A stretch of 43,045 nucleotides of DNA from Candidatus Roizmanbacteria bacterium RIFCSPHIGHO2_02_FULL_40_13b (GTDB taxonomy: Bacteria; Patescibacteriota; Microgenomatia; UBA1406; HO2-37-13b). Of this stretch, positions 8,705 through 17,097 are shown in pieces. The stretch is from positions 1-43,045 of the forward strand of contig MFZQ01000010.1 of NCBI GenBank assembly GCA_001789445.1, written 5' to 3'. A program made the position numbers and the translations under genes. Below the pieces are notes generated by a model. That model did not search any database. It saw nothing but the letters and a program-made list of their open reading frames with translations, and had not been told where the DNA came from. Position 1 is the stretch's first letter, and each line of letters begins with the position of its first letter.

Positions 8705-9193
8705 AAAAAGTGAGAAGTCATCAACCGGTCCATCTTTGGTCTTTTTTTCGATAATAAGCTTTCGTTCTCGTCCTTCCCCTTCTGAAGTGGAGGTAAGATC
8801 GGGATGATTTTTACTAATATATTCGTGAATTAATTTGCGCTCATATGCCGAAAATGACTGAAGTGACGCTTGTCGATTTTCTTCTTTCACTCGTGTAGCC
8901 ACATTCTCTGCAATTCCTTCAACTCGTTCTTTTTGACGTTCTCGATAGTCACCAATATTGACTGCAATGTTGACTTTTTTTCCAAATTTCTTAAATAGAA
9001 TTGCTTCAAGAACTGTTTGTAAAGATGAAAGTGTTGCACCGAACTTTCCAATAAGCAGTGAACTATCTTCGCTTTCTTCAATGGTAACTAAATATACATC
9101 TCCCTCTTCTTTGGTAATTGTCGGTTCCATTGAAAATCCCATTTTTCCCAAAAGCTCGAGCGTAAGCGTCTTGATTACTTCTTGTTCTTCCAT
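8687..9193 (-). CDS. jag: Jag/KhpB (EloR) RNA-binding protein with KH and R3H domains
   Basis: LIGKFGATLSSLQ (KH), AYERKLIH and SEGEGRER (R3H); directly downstream of yidC. Confidence 0.9.
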   Translation of the reverse strand: MEEQEVIKTLTLELLGKMGFSMEPTITKEEGDVYLVTIEESEDSSLLIGKFGATLSSLQTVLEAILFKKFGKKVNIAVNIGDYRERQKERVEGIAENVATRVKEENRQASLQSFSAYERKLIHEYISKNHPDLTSTSEGEGRERKLIIEKKTKDGPVDDFSLFSDSLE

Positions 9194-9194
9194 A

Positions 9195-10001
9195 TTATTT
9201 TTTTGGAATTTTTACAAGTAATGATTTAAGCGGATTGCCTTTGTATTGAATGATGCTAAATATTGAGAAAACGTTCCAATAAAGGGAGAGTCCAGCAGGG
9301 AGAACATAGGCAAAATATCCAATCATGAGTGGGAAAATATACAGCATTTGTCCAGACATCATCGACTGCATATCGGTTGATTTTTCACCTTCTTTTTTGG
9401 GTTTGGGAGGAGTTTGGGACATAGTCACCTTGACTTGATAATATTGTAAAATCGCAGTGATGACGGGAATAGCCAAGTAGTGCAATCCATACTTTGGAAA
9501 GTTAGATGGGGCAATACCAATATTGAATCCAAAAAACCACGGATCAATTGTTGCTATTTTCAAAAATGGAATATATACAATCTTATTGACTGCAACTGCT
9601 ACTTTCGTAATTGGTTCACCCGCCAAAAAAATGTTAAGTGCCTGATATAGACCAATAAATACCGGAATTTGGACGAGCGCATAGAGACAACCTGCCGCTG
9701 GATTTACCCCCATTTCTTTATACAATTTCATTTGTTCTTCTTGAAGTTTTTTCTTATCGTCCTTGTGTTTTTCACCCAATATATCTAAATGTGGTTTCAT
9801 TTCTTGCATTTTTTTTGCCATGTCAATTTGTTGACGTGAAGCAGGGTTGAGAAGAAGTCGAATTGCAACCGTGAGTGCAATTATCGAAAATCCAAATGAT
9901 CCAGGTAATCCAATCGCGCTGAAAATGAAGTTGAAAAATAAGAGAACATTAATTGTTGGGACAATTAGAATTGCATTAAATAGGCCTGATGTAAGATCCA
10001 T
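9195..10001 (-). CDS. yidC: Membrane protein insertase YidC/Oxa1
   Basis: GFSIIALTVAIRLLL, EQMKLYKEMGVNPAAGCL, QIPVFIGLY and LPAGLSLYW motifs. Confidence 0.95.
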   Translation of the reverse strand: MDLTSGLFNAILIVPTINVLLFFNFIFSAIGLPGSFGFSIIALTVAIRLLLNPASRQQIDMAKKMQEMKPHLDILGEKHKDDKKKLQEEQMKLYKEMGVNPAAGCLYALVQIPVFIGLYQALNIFLAGEPITKVAVAVNKIVYIPFLKIATIDPWFFGFNIGIAPSNFPKYGLHYLAIPVITAILQYYQVKVTMSQTPPKPKKEGEKSTDMQSMMSGQMLYIFPLMIGYFAYVLPAGLSLYWNVFSIFSIIQYKGNPLKSLLVKIPKK

Positions 10002-10007
10002 AATATT

Positions 10008-10157
10008 TTATAGTTTGGTAGCAACAGCTAAGCGTACTCGCCCTTTTAACCTTCGACGGGCCAGTACTTTTTGACCACCCTTGGTTTGCATTCGGCTCAA
10101 AAACCCATGCTTTCGCAATCTTTTTAATTTTTTTGGCTGGTATGTCCGTTTTGTCAT
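10008..10157 (-). CDS. rpmH: 50S ribosomal protein bL34 (absent from the ORF track, 49 aa)
   Basis: Manual translation [49 protein letters not shown]; ATG overlaps the valS stop (ATGA). Confidence 0.97.
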   Translation of the reverse strand: MTKRTYQPKKLKRLRKHGFLSRMQTKGGQKVLARRRLKGRVRLAVATKL

Positions 10158-12268
10158 AATTGTTCCTCCAGTATACTACGTTCTTCACCATTAAAAACGT
10201 TCCACAACGCTTCTGTAACAAATGGCATGAATGGATGAAGAAGAACGAGAGAGTCCAAATATACTTCTTCAAGTTTTTTCGTAAGAGTAATATTACCAGA
10301 TTGAGCCTCAACTTTCAACTGTTCAATGTAAAAATCAGCATATCGGTGCCAAATAAATTCGTATAAACTATTGAGAGCGCTTGAAAATCTGTACGCCTCC
10401 ATATCCTTCATTACTTGTTTTTTGAGAGTTTGGAATTCTTTTTCAAGATCCTCAATTGTCATTCTGGAGGGAACGGAGTGACCGATAGGATCTACTTGAG
10501 ATTCTATCGCTTGCGCTCCAGAATGACGTGTCATCATTAAAAACCGTCCCATATTCCAAATTTTATTCGCAAAATTCCGCATTGAGCGAACTTTGTCTTC
10601 AGAAAAAGAGATGTCATTTCCCTCACCCGTCCCAAAAATAAGTGCTGCCCGAAGCGCATCTGCCCCATATTTTTCAATCATAATCATTGGATTAACCACA
10701 TTTCCTCGACTTTTACTCATTTTTGCACCTTTACTGTCTCGAATCAAGCCATGTAAGAAAATCGTGTTAAAAGGAGTTTCGCCTGTCATGTAAATCCCAA
10801 GCATCATCATTCTACACACCCACCAGGGCAAAATATCATACCCTGTTTCCATGACAGACGTTGGATAAAAGTAATTAAAATAGTCTTCTCCGAGCGCTTT
10901 GAGTGTGGCTACCGGCCATTGTCCCGATGAAAACCATGTATCAAATGTATCTTCATCTTGAACTAGATTTGATTTTTTGCAGTGTATGCAAGAACTTGGT
11001 GCTTGACCATCTGTCACCGTCCACTCACTACAATCTTCACACTTCCATGCCGGAATCCGAATTCCCCACACAATTTGACGGGAAATATTCCAGTCATGAA
11101 AATTGGTGAGCCAATTAAGCGCATGTTTTTCAAACTTCTTAGGAACGATTACCGTCTCTTTCTTTTTAAGTGCTTCGAGGGCATTGTCTGCGAGCGGTTT
11201 CACCTTCACATACCATTGAGCAAGAGGAAGTGGCTCAAGCGTTTTGCCACACTTATAACATGTCTTCAAAACGAGTGTATGTTTCTTTGCTTCAAGCTTG
11301 AGATCTTCCTCCAAAAGAGCTCTAGCTGGGGCGACACGCATTCCATCATATTTCGTTCCTGTTCCATAGAGTTTTCCATCAAAACCGATCACCTGAATGC
11401 TTGGAAGATTGTGTTTTTTTCCAATCTCAAAATCATTAAAATCATGCGCTGGAGTGACTTTTACGGCGCCCGTTCCAAAGTCCATATCAACATATTCATC
11501 TGTAATGATTGGGATTTCTTTATTAATAACAGGAATTAATGCAATCTTACCGATTAGTGAGCTATATCGTTTATCTTTCGGATGAACCATAAGTGCAACA
11601 TCTCCAAACATCGTTTCTGGACGAGTAGTGGCAACTGTAATACTTCCACCTCCTTTTATGGAGTATTCTAGATGAAATAAGCCTCTTTCGACTTCAACTT
11701 CTTTATCAAGTACTTCAAGGTCAGAAAAGGAGGTTCCATCAAATGTGCAATAATTTACGAGTCGTTTTGAACGATAGATAAGTCCATCGTCGTGTAACTT
11801 TTTGAAAGTTTTGTACACAGTTGAAACGATTTTTTCATCAAGGGTAAAGAGAGTTTTACTCCAATCAAGACTAAATCCAAGTGCGCGAAGTTGAGTTTCC
11901 ATCGTCCCTCGATTTTTAATAACAAAATCCCAAATCATTTTGTAGAGTGTCTCACGATCGTAATCAAACCGACTTTTATCTTGTTTTTTTAGGTGTTTTT
12001 CAAATACAAATTGTGTTTCAAATCCAGCATGATCTGCCCCAGAAAGCCAAAATGTGGAGTATCCCCTGAGTTTTTTGAATCTAATCATAATATCTTCATA
12101 CGTATACATGGCGTGTCCCAAGTGAAGATCAGCATTCGCGTTTGGAGGAGGGAGAATTATGGTAAAGGGCTTTTTTTTGGGATCTATTTTTGCTTCAAAA
12201 TAGCCTTTTTTTTCCCAAAAATCATAAATCTTTTTTTCGTGGTCACTAGGAATAAATTTCGAGTCCAT
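10154..12268 (-). CDS. valS: Valine--tRNA ligase, short form lacking the C-terminal coiled-coil arm
   Basis: [13 protein letters not shown] (HIGH), [24 protein letters not shown] and KMSKS; probable start MDSKF at 12268. Confidence 0.97.
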   Translation of the reverse strand: MDSKFIPSDHEKKIYDFWEKKGYFEAKIDPKKKPFTIILPPPNANADLHLGHAMYTYEDIMIRFKKLRGYSTFWLSGADHAGFETQFVFEKHLKKQDKSRFDYDRETLYKMIWDFVIKNRGTMETQLRALGFSLDWSKTLFTLDEKIVSTVYKTFKKLHDDGLIYRSKRLVNYCTFDGTSFSDLEVLDKEVEVERGLFHLEYSIKGGGSITVATTRPETMFGDVALMVHPKDKRYSSLIGKIALIPVINKEIPIITDEYVDMDFGTGAVKVTPAHDFNDFEIGKKHNLPSIQVIGFDGKLYGTGTKYDGMRVAPARALLEEDLKLEAKKHTLVLKTCYKCGKTLEPLPLAQWYVKVKPLADNALEALKKKETVIVPKKFEKHALNWLTNFHDWNISRQIVWGIRIPAWKCEDCSEWTVTDGQAPSSCIHCKKSNLVQDEDTFDTWFSSGQWPVATLKALGEDYFNYFYPTSVMETGYDILPWWVCRMMMLGIYMTGETPFNTIFLHGLIRDSKGAKMSKSRGNVVNPMIMIEKYGADALRAALIFGTGEGNDISFSEDKVRSMRNFANKIWNMGRFLMMTRHSGAQAIESQVDPIGHSVPSRMTIEDLEKEFQTLKKQVMKDMEAYRFSSALNSLYEFIWHRYADFYIEQLKVEAQSGNITLTKKLEEVYLDSLVLLHPFMPFVTEALWNVFNGEERSILEEQL
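10457..10528. repeat. 72-bp YGTC-REP doublet inserted in frame in valS
   Basis: TGTCATTCTGGAG...CTCCAGAATGACG, exactly 24 codons ([24 protein letters not shown]); one half nearly matches 40581-40609. Confidence 0.9.
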
Positions 12269-12333
12269 ACTACGGGCAAATATATCAAAAAGTGGTTGAT
12301 ATTTCAATCTAAAAATACTAACCTGTTCATGGT

Positions 12334-14490
12334 ATGAATTGGATTACTCAAACATTGTGGTGGTATGTGTGCCTCTTGGGACTTGGACTCGTGTCCATAC
12401 CTTTTACAAAACGTGTTTTTGGAAAAAACTTTTTTGATTTTGGGTATTCATTTGCAAAAACGATCACGTTAATTTTTGTCACATACAGCGCCCTCACGCT
12501 GGGAGTCATGCGTATAGTTCCCTTCACACAAAGCGGTTTGCTTTTTATAGTTGGTGCCTTCGGGTTATTAAATATCTTGATTTTCCGACATAAAAAGAAG
12601 GAGAAAAAAAAAGGATCACCTCTAAATATGAACCAAATCGGTCTAATTGTGTTTGAAGAAGTCCTTTTTTTGGTTTGTTTATTTGTATGGGTTATCGTGC
12701 GGGGGCAGGAGCCATCTATTCATGGACTTGAAAAATTCATGGATTTTGGATTTATAAACTCAATCTTGCGAAGCACCTACTTCCCACCAAAAGATATGTG
12801 GCTTGCCGGGCACTCGATAAATTACTACTATTTTGGGCATTTAAGCGGGGCTGTACTTACTAAACTATCCAACATTCCTTCAAATTATACATACAACTTA
12901 ATTCTTGCCTCAATTTTTGCGCTCGGTGTAACACAAACATTTAGTCTCTGTTTCAATGTGATACACCAAATTCATAAAAAAATAAAAATATCATTTATTG
13001 CTGGTGTTATTGGAGCATTTTTACTCAATTTCGCCGGGAATTTACACACAATATATGCATTTACAGCTGGATATCAGGGAGATAAAGCTCCTGAATTTTG
13101 GAAAATACTCACTAAATTTACTCCACAATCGTATTGGTACCCAAATGCGACCCGTTTTATCCCCTTTACAATCCATGAATTTCCAATTTATTCATACGTA
13201 GTGGCCGATCTTCACGGTCATGTGTTTGATATTCCATTCGTACTATTGACACTTGCTGTGCTTTATATTCTTATAATAAACGGAATTCCCAAAAGACCCA
13301 TCTTCCACCATCCATTTTCTACCCTCTACCCTTACATCCCCACCCTCGCCCTCGCCTTTCTCTGCGCCGTTCATTACATGACAAATGCGTTTGACGGGCC
13401 TATATACATGCTCATTTCGATGGTTATTCTCTTATTCCTGTTAAAAGATCTTAAGAAGCTATTCGTGCATATTTTGGTCTTAGGAATTGGTTTTATTGCC
13501 TTCACTATTCCATTTGCAATAAATTTTGTGCCATTTGTATCTGGAATTGGCGTCAATTGTGCTCCAAAATTCCTTGTTCAATACGGAAAAATTGGTCCAT
13601 TTTTGTTTGAAAAAGGCAACTGTCAAACATCACAAGTATGGATGCTTGCTGTATTATGGGGATTTTTTATCTTTAATTTTGCGTTTTTTGTACTGAAACT
13701 TTTACATGAAAGAAAAAATGAGGGTTCAGCACAAACCAAAACTGATTACTTCATAATGATTCTTTTTATGGTGAGTACAATCCTGCTTATTGTTCCTGAA
13801 TTTTTCTATATAAAAGATATTTATCCTGCACACTTTAGAGCAAACACAATGTTCAAGCTTGGATATCAGGCATTCATGATGATGTCTGTAGCATCAACAT
13901 ACACATTTATTCGGTTAAAACAGGGAATACGAGTCAAAGATCCTATCTCAATAGTGTATCTTGTGCTATTTGCTCCTCTCTTTTTCCTAGTTGCAATTTA
14001 CCCAACATTTGCAATTGGTTCGTATTACGGCACTTTGAAAAAGACTCCCCAGCTCAACGGATCGCTGTGGGTGAACGATAGCTATCCCAACTACGTTCGC
14101 ATGATCGATTTCATGAACAAAAATGTTAGTGACCAGCCCACAATACTTGAGGCCCAAGGAGACTCGTATACCGACTTTAATGTAGTTTCAGCGTATACAG
14201 GGATACCTACTGTTGGAGGATGGTGGGTACATGAGTGGTTGTGGAGAGGAAGTGCGGAAGTGATTGGAAAACTTATCCCTGATATACAAAATATCTATGA
14301 AAGTGCCGACATGGACCTAACCAAGAACCTTATTAAGAAGTTCGATATCAAATACATTATCGTTGGACCAAATGAACACAAAAAATACACCAATTTAGAC
14401 GATAAAAAAATACGAAGTTTAGGTAAAGTTGTATTCGAAACAAAATCGGGAATAGATGTTCAAACTAGTTATATTGTAAAGATACTTTAA
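12334..14490 (+). CDS. DUF2298 (Chlor_Arch_YYY) polytopic membrane protein, probable GT-C-fold glycosyltransferase
   Basis: EKFMDFGFINS, PPKDMWLAG, INYYYFGH, IHEFP, DLHGH and RANTMFK motifs. Confidence 0.85.
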   Translation: MNWITQTLWWYVCLLGLGLVSIPFTKRVFGKNFFDFGYSFAKTITLIFVTYSALTLGVMRIVPFTQSGLLFIVGAFGLLNILIFRHKKKEKKKGSPLNMNQIGLIVFEEVLFLVCLFVWVIVRGQEPSIHGLEKFMDFGFINSILRSTYFPPKDMWLAGHSINYYYFGHLSGAVLTKLSNIPSNYTYNLILASIFALGVTQTFSLCFNVIHQIHKKIKISFIAGVIGAFLLNFAGNLHTIYAFTAGYQGDKAPEFWKILTKFTPQSYWYPNATRFIPFTIHEFPIYSYVVADLHGHVFDIPFVLLTLAVLYILIINGIPKRPIFHHPFSTLYPYIPTLALAFLCAVHYMTNAFDGPIYMLISMVILLFLLKDLKKLFVHILVLGIGFIAFTIPFAINFVPFVSGIGVNCAPKFLVQYGKIGPFLFEKGNCQTSQVWMLAVLWGFFIFNFAFFVLKLLHERKNEGSAQTKTDYFIMILFMVSTILLIVPEFFYIKDIYPAHFRANTMFKLGYQAFMMMSVASTYTFIRLKQGIRVKDPISIVYLVLFAPLFFLVAIYPTFAIGSYYGTLKKTPQLNGSLWVNDSYPNYVRMIDFMNKNVSDQPTILEAQGDSYTDFNVVSAYTGIPTVGGWWVHEWLWRGSAEVIGKLIPDIQNIYESADMDLTKNLIKKFDIKYIIVGPNEHKKYTNLDDKKIRSLGKVVFETKSGIDVQTSYIVKIL

Positions 14491-14519
14491 GGCTCTGCTA
14501 GGCTCCATTTAAATGGTAC

Positions 14520-14548
14520 TTGACAATTAAAATAAAGTCTGCTATTGT
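14520..14548 (+). promoter_or_regulatory. Sigma70-type promoter with no downstream ORF (candidate sRNA promoter)
   Basis: TTGACA (14520-14525), 17-nt spacer, TATTGT (14543-14548) preceded by TGC (extended -10). Confidence 0.6.
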
Positions 14549-14554
14549 TATCTA

Positions 14555-14640
14555 ATACTCCGAAGAAGCGGAGAGTTCCACGAAGAGCATTACTATACGT
14601 CGTGCCCCTTTTATACGAACGGTAGTGATGCTCTTTTTTA
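14555..14640 (+). ncRNA. Candidate ~85-nt small RNA with two hairpins ending in a U-tract
   Basis: CTCCG/CGGAG hairpin, then long stem AAGAGCATTACTA...TAGTGATGCTCTT followed by TTTT; own promoter upstream; no Rfam family recognised. Confidence 0.45.
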
Positions 14641-14650
14641 TTTTCTGTAG

Positions 14651-14803
14651 TTATAGTCTAAATGAGATGACCGGTACATGAAGATTTCTCTTTTTTAAGC
14701 TTGCAAATTGGTCACGTGCAAATATTCCTGCTTCTTGAACACTGTATGCCTTCTTAAAAATACCTGCATCAAATTTAAACCGCACTTGTATTTTGCTTTT
14801 CAC
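14651..14803 (-). CDS. Small basic protein, 50 aa (MKSKIQVRFKFDAGIFKKAYSVQEAGIFARDQFASLKKRNLHVPVISFRL)
   Basis: GTG start 9 nt downstream of a TTGACA-17-TACAAT promoter; the longer track ORF (14860) would start upstream of this promoter. Confidence 0.6.
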   Translation of the reverse strand: MKSKIQVRFKFDAGIFKKAYSVQEAGIFARDQFASLKKRNLHVPVISFRL

Positions 14804-14812
14804 AATAGGTGC

Positions 14813-14841
14813 ATTGTAAATCAACCTATATTCTTTGTCAA
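14813..14841 (-). promoter_or_regulatory. Near-consensus sigma70 promoter for the 50-aa ORF
   Basis: TTGACA (14841-14836), 17 nt, TACAAT (14818-14813). Confidence 0.75.
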
Positions 14842-14984
14842 GTCCTATAGAAATTATCATTCATGCTATAAGGCATCCTGTAATATGAGAGGTTATGTAT
14901 AGAGCTATACGAAAGCCCCTTTAATTCATTAATACCTTTGTGGATACTATGTGGACTGCAAAATTGTGAAGAAATTCGGATGTA

Positions 14985-15731
14985 TTATGAGGTTTTCTGG
15001 AATAAATCTATGCGTTCTGTCTTTATCCCATCTACTTCCCAGGCAGTAAATTGGTCAATCTGGCTTTTTTTAGTCACACCGTATACAAATACTAGAAACC
15101 CGAATGTTTTGAGGTCTTTAACGAAATTTTTAGTGGCAAATCGTGAATAGATAGTAATGCCGTCTACTGCAACTTTTTGAAACTTCTTTCGTAGGATATA
15201 TACGATGGCTCTTGAAAAAAATATAGATGTCAAAAGAAGTAATATCTTAACTACAAATCTTCTTGTAAAATCATACGTGTCTTTTGGATTGTGCGTGAGA
15301 CTATATATTCCATTAGGATAGGCTTCTTCGATTAAAAATAGTGTTTCAAGACTAAAACAGTCAATATAGAGCTTATTCTGAAATTTATTTCGTTTTAAAA
15401 AATCAACAAGCGCAGTAGTGCAACTTTCATCCTTAATATCTATATTAATAATCTTTTGATACTTATTTGCCAGTTGCATTACTTCGTACAGAGTGGATAT
15501 TCCCAAATGTTTTATTTCTGAATAGAGTAAGCTATCAATCCAAACTCGTTTTCCATTGATATATACCCCCCGATCATGATGAATTGCGATGACACCGTCT
15601 TTTGTAAGCCTAATATCTACCTCAACACCGTCAATATAGTCTTTGGAAAGCGATTGTTTGATCGTTTCACGTTTATTTTCAAAGACACCCGCTCCTCCCC
15701 CTCTGTGGGCTATAAATAATGTTTTATTCAT
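14985..15731 (-). CDS. Glycerophosphodiester phosphodiesterase (GDPD) family protein
   Basis: IAHRG, EN, VEVDIRLTKDG..IHHD and VDGIKT motifs. Confidence 0.9.
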   Translation of the reverse strand: MNKTLFIAHRGGGAGVFENKRETIKQSLSKDYIDGVEVDIRLTKDGVIAIHHDRGVYINGKRVWIDSLLYSEIKHLGISTLYEVMQLANKYQKIINIDIKDESCTTALVDFLKRNKFQNKLYIDCFSLETLFLIEEAYPNGIYSLTHNPKDTYDFTRRFVVKILLLLTSIFFSRAIVYILRKKFQKVAVDGITIYSRFATKNFVKDLKTFGFLVFVYGVTKKSQIDQFTAWEVDGIKTERIDLFQKTS

Positions 15732-15739
15732 ACGATGAT

Positions 15740-15761
15740 ATTGTTAAATTGTTAAATTGTT
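15740..15761. repeat. Octamer tandem repeat (ATTGTTAA) x ~2.7
   Basis: ATTGTTAA ATTGTTAA ATTGTT; reverse complement of the unit at 17680-17711. Confidence 0.6.
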
Positions 15762-15805
15762 TAAGCGAGAATTCCTATTATACGAACTATTTGGATACCT
15801 TATTC

Positions 15806-16150
15806 TTGTCATTCCCGCGAAGGCGGGAATCTATTTAATTTTCTCACTAATATCATCCCAATCAGGATTTTTCTCCTCTATGAGCCTAATTTTCCAGGCT
15901 CGGTTCCATTTCTTAAGTCTCTTTTCTCTGTAAATTGCATCTTCTGGTTTATCAAATATTTCAAAATAAACAAGATAGTGTACTCCATATTTTTTAGTGA
16001 ATCCTTCGATCAAGCTTTGTTTATGTTGCCACGTTCTTTTTTGAATATTATCTGTCATTCCAATATACAAGATTCCATTCTTTTTACTTGCTAGGATATA
16101 AGTATAATAGTTTTTGCTCATATGGATTCCCGCCTTCGCGGGAATGACAA
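15806..16150. mobile_element. Candidate 345-bp element: GIY-YIG nuclease gene bracketed by perfect 26-bp inverted REP-like repeats
   Basis: TTGTCATTCCCGCGAAGGCGGGAATC at 15806-15831 and its exact reverse complement at 16125-16150; mobility is inferred. Confidence 0.6.
15831..16121 (-). CDS. Stand-alone GIY-YIG nuclease (96 aa)
   Basis: YYTYILAS...LYIGMT...R..QHK...FTKKY...LVYFE...AIYREKRLKKWNRAWKIRLIEEKNPDW; start MSKNY at 16121, since the upstream extension is translated repeat DNA. Confidence 0.92.
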   Translation of the reverse strand: MSKNYYTYILASKKNGILYIGMTDNIQKRTWQHKQSLIEGFTKKYGVHYLVYFEIFDKPEDAIYREKRLKKWNRAWKIRLIEEKNPDWDDISEKIK

Positions 16151-16156
16151 ACATTA

Positions 16157-16236
16157 TAGATCCCGTCTCTATTCGTGGACCTAAGGCCTCCGCGAACCGG
16201 CGGTTCCCCTTGGGCGCAAAATACGGTATCAAGCGA
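16157..16236. repeat. 80-nt GC-rich hairpin element, copy A
   Basis: TAGATCCC...GGTATCAAGCGA with stems GATCCCGT/ACGGTATC, CCTAAGG/CCTTGGG and CCGC/GCGG; same length and similar ends as 20079-20158. Confidence 0.6.
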
Positions 16237-16243
16237 AAACATA

Positions 16244-17062
16244 CTATGTTAGTTTATTCAGCCTCTTTTTGATGTTTTGAAAATGGCCGATCATTTCGTC
16301 CTCAAAGCTTTTTGGCTTTGATTGATTGTAGTAATCTCCCCCCATTTTATAATCAAATATCTTTTTCTCCACTCCACCAGTTCGTAGTGATTGAACTGTT
16401 GCGAGGCTATATTTACGAAGCAACGTTAATCTGCCTTCCCGTTTAAATCGACGAATTGACACTCGCATTGAAACTTGCTTTACTATTTTAGTTTGGACAC
16501 CCATTTCTTTGGCTCTTCGTACAATCTCATGATCTTCAGCCATGAAAAGCTTCTCATTAAAACCTTCTAAATGATTGAAGAAGTTTCGTTCAAAAATCAT
16601 TCCGAATCCAAGTGATAGGGGGAGATTTGTAATTTGGGACGCATCAACAACCCAATTGAGCATATTAAAAAATGCTTTATCTTGGAAAAACCGTTCAATT
16701 GAAAAATATTGGGGTAAACACAATAAATATTTATATATAAGTAAGTTTTTTTTGAGACGAGTAAGAAAAGATGGCAATATACGTATATCTGCATCAAAGA
16801 AAACGAGATATTCTCCTGTAGCCTGTTGTGCTCCTATATTACGTTGGTATGAAACGCTTCGCTTTTTTACAGAAATAAGTTTGAGTGGAATTTTGTCCTC
16901 GAAACTTCTCACAATCTGGGGAGTTTTATCTTCTGAATTACCATCAACAACTATGAGTTCGAAATCGCGCTCTTCTTGTTTCTCAATATCGCCCAAAAGC
17001 TTGGGCAACATTTTCTCTTCATTGAGGGTTGGGATAATGATGGTAAAAAATGGCGGTTTCAT
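16244..17062 (-). CDS. Family 2 glycosyltransferase
   Basis: IIIPTLNEE, VVDGNSEDKT, RNIGA, FFDAD and EDHE motifs. Confidence 0.92.
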   Translation of the reverse strand: MKPPFFTIIIPTLNEEKMLPKLLGDIEKQEERDFELIVVDGNSEDKTPQIVRSFEDKIPLKLISVKKRSVSYQRNIGAQQATGEYLVFFDADIRILPSFLTRLKKNLLIYKYLLCLPQYFSIERFFQDKAFFNMLNWVVDASQITNLPLSLGFGMIFERNFFNHLEGFNEKLFMAEDHEIVRRAKEMGVQTKIVKQVSMRVSIRRFKREGRLTLLRKYSLATVQSLRTGGVEKKIFDYKMGGDYYNQSKPKSFEDEMIGHFQNIKKRLNKLT

Positions 17063-17097
17063 AATACAATGTTCAATCTGCGTATATTATAATACTT

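Noticed and set aside
9976-10311. 111-aa minus-strand ORF over the valS-yidC junction
   Set aside because: Shadow frame; the real gene here is rpmH (10008-10157) in another frame
14555-14640. Known riboswitch, SRP RNA or 6S RNA
   Set aside because: I recognise no diagnostic motif such as the SRP GGAA loop, and there is no same-strand downstream gene to regulate; kept only as an unclassified sRNA candidate
15806-16150. Classical IS element or intron homing endonuclease
   Set aside because: No DDE, HUH or serine transposase motif, no target duplication seen in the flanks, and the gene is intergenic rather than inside an intron
16122-16232. 37-aa N-terminal extension of the GIY-YIG protein
   Set aside because: It is a read-through of the 80-nt hairpin and the REP; a -10 box at 16158-16153 supports the ATG at 16121
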